From assembly GCA_964016885.1 (NCBI GenBank), contig OZ024742.1, positions 249,674,001-249,738,000 on the forward strand: a DNA stretch of 64,000 nucleotides, read 5' to 3'. Within the stretch, counting starts at the first letter, position 1, and every line of letters starts with the position of its first letter. Below the pieces are notes generated by a model. The model was not told the DNA's origin. It was given only the letters and a program-made list of their open reading frames with translations, and did not search any database. Shown in pieces: positions 56,098 to 64,000 of this stretch. The stretch is from Eledone cirrhosa (Eukaryota). The translations under genes were made by a program, and so were the position numbers.

Positions 56098-57279
56098 GAA
56101 TCCCAGGGTTGGGTCGGAATCACTGGCAACAGAACAAATTAAAGAAAGGATCGAAAAACTGGAGGGAGTGCATGCTCAAGATGAAACTCCAAATGAAAAT
56201 ACTAAGATCGTAAATGATAAAGAAATGAATGAGAATGAACTTGCCAACTTGAAGGATGAAATTATGATCGAATGGATGAAAATGAAAGAATCTGACATGG
56301 GGCAACGAGACACCCTCCCTAAGATCCAGAACTCCAAACAGAACCAAAACATAATACACAAGACTAACATAATTCTCAAAAACATTATCATCACAAACAA
56401 ACTAAACATTACTGATTTAAATCATCTATATTATGCATCGGCTAAAGTCACCACTCACTTATGTGGAGTGAAGATGAAAAACAAAGGAATTCCCACAAGA
56501 AATCTACTTGGCAAGAGAACATCAATCACCAAATAAACCTTCTCCGATCTGACATAGAAATTTTAACAAACTATAAAGTAGGTGAACATGTTAAACAAAC
56601 TAAACTTAGAAAATTGAAAAAAAAGTACAGTATAAAATCAACATGTGACATAGACATGCTGATAGAAATAATCAAGCAAAAAGTGTCGGCCAAAGCTACT
56701 CGTATAAGGCGCTTTGAAAAACGATCTAGATTCTATAAGGACAATAATATGTTCAAAAACAACCAAAGAAACTTCTACATAAAAATTGGTAAGTCAACAA
56801 TAACTGCTAAATCAATACCACCCAAGGAGGAAGTGCAAGAATTCTGGGAAAAGATCTGGGCCGAAGAAAAAGTTCATAACATACATGCCCCATGGATAGA
56901 CAGACGAATGAAAGATACAGCTCACCTTGAGGAACAAATATGGGAAAATATAACAGTTGAACATTTGCGCTTGGCTCTAAGAAAAACCAGCAAATGGAAA
57001 TCCCCAGGAAAAGACAAAATACAAAATTTTTGGATAAATGCCTTCACAGAGTCTCATGAGCCCAACTTTACAATGAAATAGTTAAGGAGCCAGAAAAGAT
57101 ACCATCATGGCTAGTTAACGGCATTACATTCCTGCTTCCGAAGAATGATGAGACAAACAATCCCAAAAATTACAGACCGATAACTTGCTTGACCACAATG
57201 TATAAAGTTTTAACATCAGTCCTAACTGAATACACATATGACCACCTGATAACAAATGACCTATTTCCCATTGAGCAGA
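56097..57279 (+). mobile_element. R4/Dong-like family 2 fragment (sense)
   Basis: Begins right after (TAA)n. Shows KWKSPGKDKIQNFW and NYRPITCL, with frameshifts. Confidence 0.85.
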
Positions 57280-58546
57280 TGCAGAATAAAAGCGGTGATA
57301 AAGAGTCACCCTGAAAAATTCCACAATTAATATTAACTTCTCCAGCTTCCAGTGATTTTGTTTCACTATTCAAAAGGAGTGTCGTTTTCCATGTCATCAT
57401 ACTGTATGACAAAAACCTCCTGACAACGGGAGATATTTTGAAAATCTCTAAACATTTTTCAATCCAACTGTGTGGCAAACTATCGAATCCTTTTTTATAA
57501 TCTATCTAAGCAATTGATAGATTTTTGTGTCTATTATGACAATCTTCCAGTATCATTTTGTTAACCAAGAGCTGATCCTTACAGCCATATGAGCCTCGTC
57601 TACACCCTTTCTGCTCAATGGGAAATAGGTCATTTGTTATCAGGTGGTCATAAGTATATTCAGTTAGGACTGATGTTAAAATGTTATACATTGTGGTCAA
57701 GCAAGTTATCGGTCTTTGTTTTTTCATCTTCATTCCACATAAGTGAGTGGTGACTTTAGCCGATGCATAATATAGATGATTTAAATCAGTAATGTTTAGT
57801 TTGTTTGTGATGATAATGTTTTTGAGAATTATGTTAGTCTTGTGTATTATCTTTTGGTTCTGTTTGGAGTTCTGGATCTTAGGGAGGGTGTCTCGTTCCC
57901 CCATGTCAGATTCTTTCATTTTCATCCATTCGATCATAATTTCATCCTTCAAGTTGGCAAGTTCATTCTCATTCATTTCTTTATCATTTACAATCTCATT
58001 GTTTTCATTTGGGGTTTCATCTTGAGCATGCACTCCCTCCACTTTTTCGTTCCTTTCTTTAATTTGTTCTGTTGTCAGTCATTCCGCCCCAACCCTGGGA
58101 TTCGAAGTATTACAATTTACCTCGTTTTCACAGGCACGTTTCATTTTCCCTTCGCTGACTTTGTGCTAATAGCTTGATCTGATCAATTTCTATATCAGTT
58201 AGTAACTTTTTTTTTACAATATTTCTTCCTATATTGGCTAGTTTGTTACTGTCAATATAGCCTCTGTTTTCGGGATGTTTCTTTTTTACAGTTGATATAG
58301 GTCTGTTCTGTATTCGATGTATTTGATGGGTAGTATATGGCAGTGTAGAAAGCCTCAAGGACTTCTTTATTATCTTCCCTTGACCATTTTCCTCTCTTTT
58401 TCTTTGGATTTCTTGGTGGTGAGCATGGAGGGCCTACAGTAGGAGTATTCCGGTTATGGGAGGTCTCCAGCTCCGAAGTGACGGGAAGGTTTGAACCATT
58501 AGCTGATTTTTCGACCCCAGTCTGGTTCCTCTCCAAGGGACGCGGC
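57280..58546 (-). mobile_element. R4/Dong-like family 2 fragment (antisense, internally deleted)
   Basis: KWSREDNKEV, EQKGCRRGSYGCKDQLL and PHSWI..GIFQGDSLSPLLF. Deletion junction at ~57715. Confidence 0.85.
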
Positions 58547-58676
58547 CCTTTTTGATGTGTTCCAAAAAGCGGGGCGGGACCAATTTTCTTTAACCATCCT
58601 TGGAAACTCTTTGAGATAGTACCTAGTGCGCCTATGACAATCGGGATCATTTTGACTTCATGGCAGTTCCAAATCC

Positions 58677-58678
<2 letters not shown>
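58547..58678 (-). mobile_element. Short Dong family 1 C-terminal fragment
   Basis: IWNCHEVKMIPIVIGALG..., preceded by (TAA)n. Confidence 0.8.
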
Positions 58679-58716
<38 letters not shown>

Positions 58717-58717
<1 letters not shown>

Positions 58718-59628
58718 GTTCTTTGAGTCTCAGTCATTGATGTTAGTTAACTGGAAAGTTTGTTGAAATGAATATCAAGCCACTACCTGCAGTCTCAGAT
58801 ATTCAGGACGTATCGGAGGGTTCTTGCTGTTCCCAGCAAGCATGCCTTTTGATGTGTTCCAAAAAGCGGGGCGGGACCAATTTTCTTTAACCATCCTTGG
58901 AAACACTTTGAGATAGTACCTAGTGCGCCTATGACAATCGGGAGCACTTTGACTTCATGGCTGTTCCAAATCCTTTTTACCTCCCACTTTAAGTCCTGGT
59001 ATCGGTTAATTTTCTCCCGCTCCTTCTCTTGCATTCTCGTGTCGAATGGGCAGGCTACATCCACAATCAGGCACGAACTTTTTCCCTTGTCAAAAACCAC
59101 CAGGTCAGGTCTATTGTGATCCAGTTTCTTGTCCGTCTGTATCCTAAGATCCCACAGCACCTTCACCTGATCGTTTTCTATCACCGACTCTGGCTTATGC
59201 TTATACCACTTCTCAGAATGTGGTAAATTGTTTACTTTGCATAGGTGCCAGTGGAAGACCCTGTCCATCACATCATGTCTCCAGCCTTTATAGTGAGTCT
59301 GGGCTAACTGTTTACACTCGGATACAATGTGAGCCACAGTCTCCTCTCTCTCTCTCCACAGATCCTGCACAGTGGCCTAGCCTCCTCCTTGTAAATATGG
59401 TGTTTCAGCCACTTCGCTTTATGGACCTGCTCTTGCGCAGCCATTAGCATTCCTTCTGTAGCCTTTTTTAGGTCTCCTCTTTTCAACCAGTTCCATGTCT
59501 GTGGATCTCTGAATTCAGTTTTCTCAAAGAAGGTACTATGAAGGGATTTTTCATGAAGGCTGCTCTTTCTTCTTGTTGTTATTTCCTCCTTGGACATCCC
59601 CTGGTCTATTGTCCTTTCCTTCAGTACA
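58717..59628 (-). mobile_element. 5'-truncated Dong family 1 copy (RLE domain plus 3' UTR)
   Basis: Homologous to 9435-10345. TAA tail at the 3' end and (GAA)n at the 5' side. Confidence 0.9.
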
Positions 59629-59849
59629 ATTATTTCTTCTTCTTCTTCTTCTTCTTCTTCTTCTTCTTCTTCTTCTTCTTCTTCTTCTTCTTCTTCTTCT
59701 TCTTCTTCTTCTTCTTCTTCTCATTAGTATTATTATTAAGGGTAGTGTATTGGTAGTATCGGCGGAACGTCAAAGTACACGCTTTTCAGCATAGAGTTAC
59801 GGCCCTTTTCGTTGAGTTCACGTAAAGGTGAGAGCCAGTGAATCAGACT

Positions 59850-60330
59850 GACCTGGAAGATAATTCGCAAAATACATCATCGCGTGGGCCAGACAGTTTG
59901 CGCGTATTTCAGTGGTATCCAGAATGAAGCTCTGGCCGTCAAATCGTAATTATGTTCTCCACCCATCATATTTCGGGAGCTGGACGTTTGGTGTCAACAT
60001 TTTGGAAAACCCCACCAGATGTGAATATCTAGTCGATGTTGCCCTGCATCGTACTCCGATGTCAAAATTGCCCAGGGATAACTGTGGAGGTGTTGCTCAA
60101 CATCAAACCAGATAGTTAGCACAAGATCCCAGACCTCATACGCTTTCTGGAAGGACTGGAGCTGCATGTATGGTTGAGAGCAGAAAGCAGCGCTGCCATC
60201 TGTGTGGGAAGACTGTCCACTTAAGAGCTGTCTGTCCTCAACAAAAGACAGTGAACTACAGGTCCACCTTGTTTCTAACAACAGGACCCAAAATTTGACA
60301 GCTACAAGAACAACATAAACAGAAAACAAC
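59850..60330 (+). pseudogene. LINE ORF1-like remnant with CCHC zinc knuckle
   Basis: Hand translation gives MVESRKQR-CHLCGKTVHLRAVC-P, with CX2CX4HX4C at 60194-60235. Confidence 0.6.
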
Positions 60331-60566
60331 AATAGTGGCGAAACCAACCCCGGTAGTAGCAACAACATCAACAACAGTGACAGCAGAACAAAACAACTGC
60401 AGCAACAGTCCCAACACCAGCAACACCGCCAACAGCAGCAGCCGAAACACCACCACTAGCATCAACAGCAGAAAAAAAATACAGATATCGCGGAAAAATC
60501 CCAGGCGCCTCCTCTCACTCTCTCCCACTCTCTCTCTCACTCTCTCTCTTCGCTCTCTCTCTCGCT

Positions 60567-60604
<38 letters not shown>

Positions 60605-62132
60605 TCCTCTAAACACAAACACACGCATGCACACTCACACAAACACAAACACCGTCCCATTTATATCCGAGACATAAACCGCAGACGCCAATACATCCAC
60701 ATCTTTGTGAGATGAAGAGGAGCCTCCAAAACCATACAAACAAAAAAAAAAAAAAATAAAGAACATCTTGCCTGCACATCATCATGCACGAGAGAATCTA
60801 CAGATAACACACACCCAGCAATTACAGACACACCTACAATAACACCAAAACCACCACCACCACGGCCACCAAAATAACAACTGCTAACATCACCAGCCCC
60901 ACCAAAACTACAACAACCATATCTACCCACAAAAAGAAAACAAACAAAACAACAACCAACCACACAAACACTAGTAGCTCAAACTTGCACGCCAGCACTA
61001 GTGAGGAGTGAGAATTTATTCTAGTACCATTCCTTGGCTAGTAGCTTCTGTCCTCAAGGACGTGAAAGATAAACTGACTATGCTGGAGGTGTTTAGAATA
61101 ACAAGAGAAAACCGATCTGGCATGGTAATGAATCAACTCCTACAAAGGGACCAAGAGACCAGCTCGGATATAATAGACCTCTCCAGTGGCACCCACCTCC
61201 CCGGGATGCAGAAATTCAAATGTCATATTGTTTGCGGTAACCCTAAGTAAAGGCTATCTGTTCATAATAGATCACAAATGAGGGAAGGCCCCCCCCCTCT
61301 CCTACCATGCCAATTCCCCTGCAGCAAAGACAACGGTAACTGCGCCAATATCAGCAGCATCAGCAGCAACATGACCTACAACTGCAGTTCAAGCAGTGCC
61401 AAAGACTACAGATCCAGTTAAGTAATGAAATAGTGATTGAGAAAACTAGTCTTAAAGAAAGCTCTGCACTTTCCCTCTTTGTAGGGGATACCTGCTAATA
61501 GTTAGACAGTCAGTTTGTTATCAAACTCCACTGAGTGGAGAACTGGGTAAGACGTGGCTAATGATGTACAGACAGGTGTTAAGACTACGACATCTTTATT
61601 TTTCCATTTACGACGAATAGGTTTCATTGTCTTTTGATAGACGCATTTTCACATGTTTCTTTAACAGAGCAACAAAGCTAGGGCAAACGAAGTCCGATAC
61701 GGAGCTCTTTGCCAGAGATTCTTTTAGAGTTCGCAGCCTTCTACCAGTCGGGCAGTACGGTTGGTGGAAATTCGATCTTTGCGTTCCATAGAGGGCTAGG
61801 AGCAGGTTAAAGAGACGATGTTGTTGGGGTGTTTGTCATCTTACTCCTCTTTCTCACACCTCCTTTTCATCTTTCCTTCCTTCTCTTCTTCAAATCCTAT
61901 TGAAACACTTTATATTGATAGACACAACAGTATCAAGAAGATGCGCCGTGTTATGCTCTGAAATACATGTGTCACAGATTAAGCACATACGTTGAAGCGG
62001 AAGAGGTATAAAAGTCTATGCTGCCTACATAGCAGAACAACGACTGATGCAGCTTCAGAGAAAACTAAGGTGCGAAAAATTGAAAATTTTAACAAAAGAC
62101 AGATGAAGAGAGAAATAGACATACATACATAC

Positions 62133-62216
<84 letters not shown>

Positions 62217-62732
62217 CATATATTCATGCAAACGTACACACATACATACATAAAGGCATACATACATATAGGCATACATACATATGATTATAAATATAAA
62301 TATATACATGTGAATATACATATATATATACATATAAATATACATATGAATATACATATAAATATATACATATGTACATTTAAACTGGCACTGAGTCGCT
62401 TACGATGACGAGAATTCCAGTTGGTACGATCAACGAAAATGACTACTCGTCAAAGTATCTTGCAATGCTGAACATTTTACAGCCACGTGTATTTTTGACA
62501 TAGTTCTCAGGGAGATTCAGCATGACACTTCTGGCCCTTCGAATTAGAGCAAAGATATTTTTTGGCAATTGATTGAACTGGTGCAAAGTGTAGTAATGTT
62601 TCAGACACAACTCGCCGCCCAGAATCGAACTCACGATTTTACGATGGTGAGTTGAATACCCTACCCACTAAGCCACGCGTCTTGGCTACACATACATACA
62701 AAACACACCTACTCATATGACACAGGAATACG

Positions 62733-62816
<84 letters not shown>

Positions 62817-62854
62817 TATGTATATATGCACATATATATATGCATATATATATA

Positions 62855-62968
<114 letters not shown>

Positions 62969-62982
62969 TGCATATATATATA

Positions 62983-63346
<364 letters not shown>

Positions 63347-63371
63347 CGTATATATATTTATATATATATGC

Positions 63372-63422
<51 letters not shown>

Positions 63423-64000
63423 CATATATACATATATATATATATCTGTATATATATGCATATCTATATATCTATATATACATGTGTGTATGTGTGTGTG
63501 TGATGTGTGTGTGTGTGTGTGCGTGTGCGTGTGTGTGTGTGTGTACATGTATCAGGATTCGAAATACAAAGTTCAAGTGCTTCAATGAATGCGAAATATT
63601 TTGCAAAGTGATATTTTTAATATGCACCTAGCCATATGGTAAGAATGATCTATTACACTGCAGAGAACATTCTGCTAGAAGCTTCTCTTGGAGTGGGATA
63701 TTCAAGTTACAACATAGGCTACCTAAGATAAACATCGAGAAAACATTTTACACGGGTACAAATACCTAAACATTAACACATGCATGCGTACATGGAATAT
63801 ACATAGACGTTTATATAGATTAAACCTAGAGACATTAAACGTATATGCGTATACATACGAACTCTATACATATGCAAACACGCACACATACACGCACACT
63901 CAAACATACTCACAAATATGTATGTTAAATATAATATGTATTTGTGCGTGAGTGTTTGTGTGTAGAATTATACATATTTATAAACATACACACGCATATA

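Overview
Repeat-dense, AT-rich eukaryotic (invertebrate) DNA. The SINE and microsatellite style suggests a cephalopod, but that is inference only. I see no host protein-coding gene. Most listed ORFs are artefacts of (TA)n, (CA)n, (TAA)n and (ACA/GTA)n repeats. The real coding content is transposon-derived: a decayed L1/Tx1 LINE, several R4/Dong-like RLE LINEs stacked in TAA/GAA tracts, a CRE-like RLE LINE with an N-terminal PHD finger, RTE fragments, Helitron remnants, tRNA-derived SINEs, and Penelope-like elements (PLEs). One PLE has a 739-aa open RT+GIY-YIG ORF between 754-bp inverted repeats. The main signal is a set of at least 8 apparently unrelated non-coding mini-element families. They carry minimal type I hammerhead ribozyme (HHR) motifs, mostly with a palindromic stem III, and lie in or beside (TA)n tracts. 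Many are head-to-head fold-backs whose axis often falls in or just upstream of the ribozyme, matching the architecture of the coding PLE. All folds were derived by eye and none was computed.
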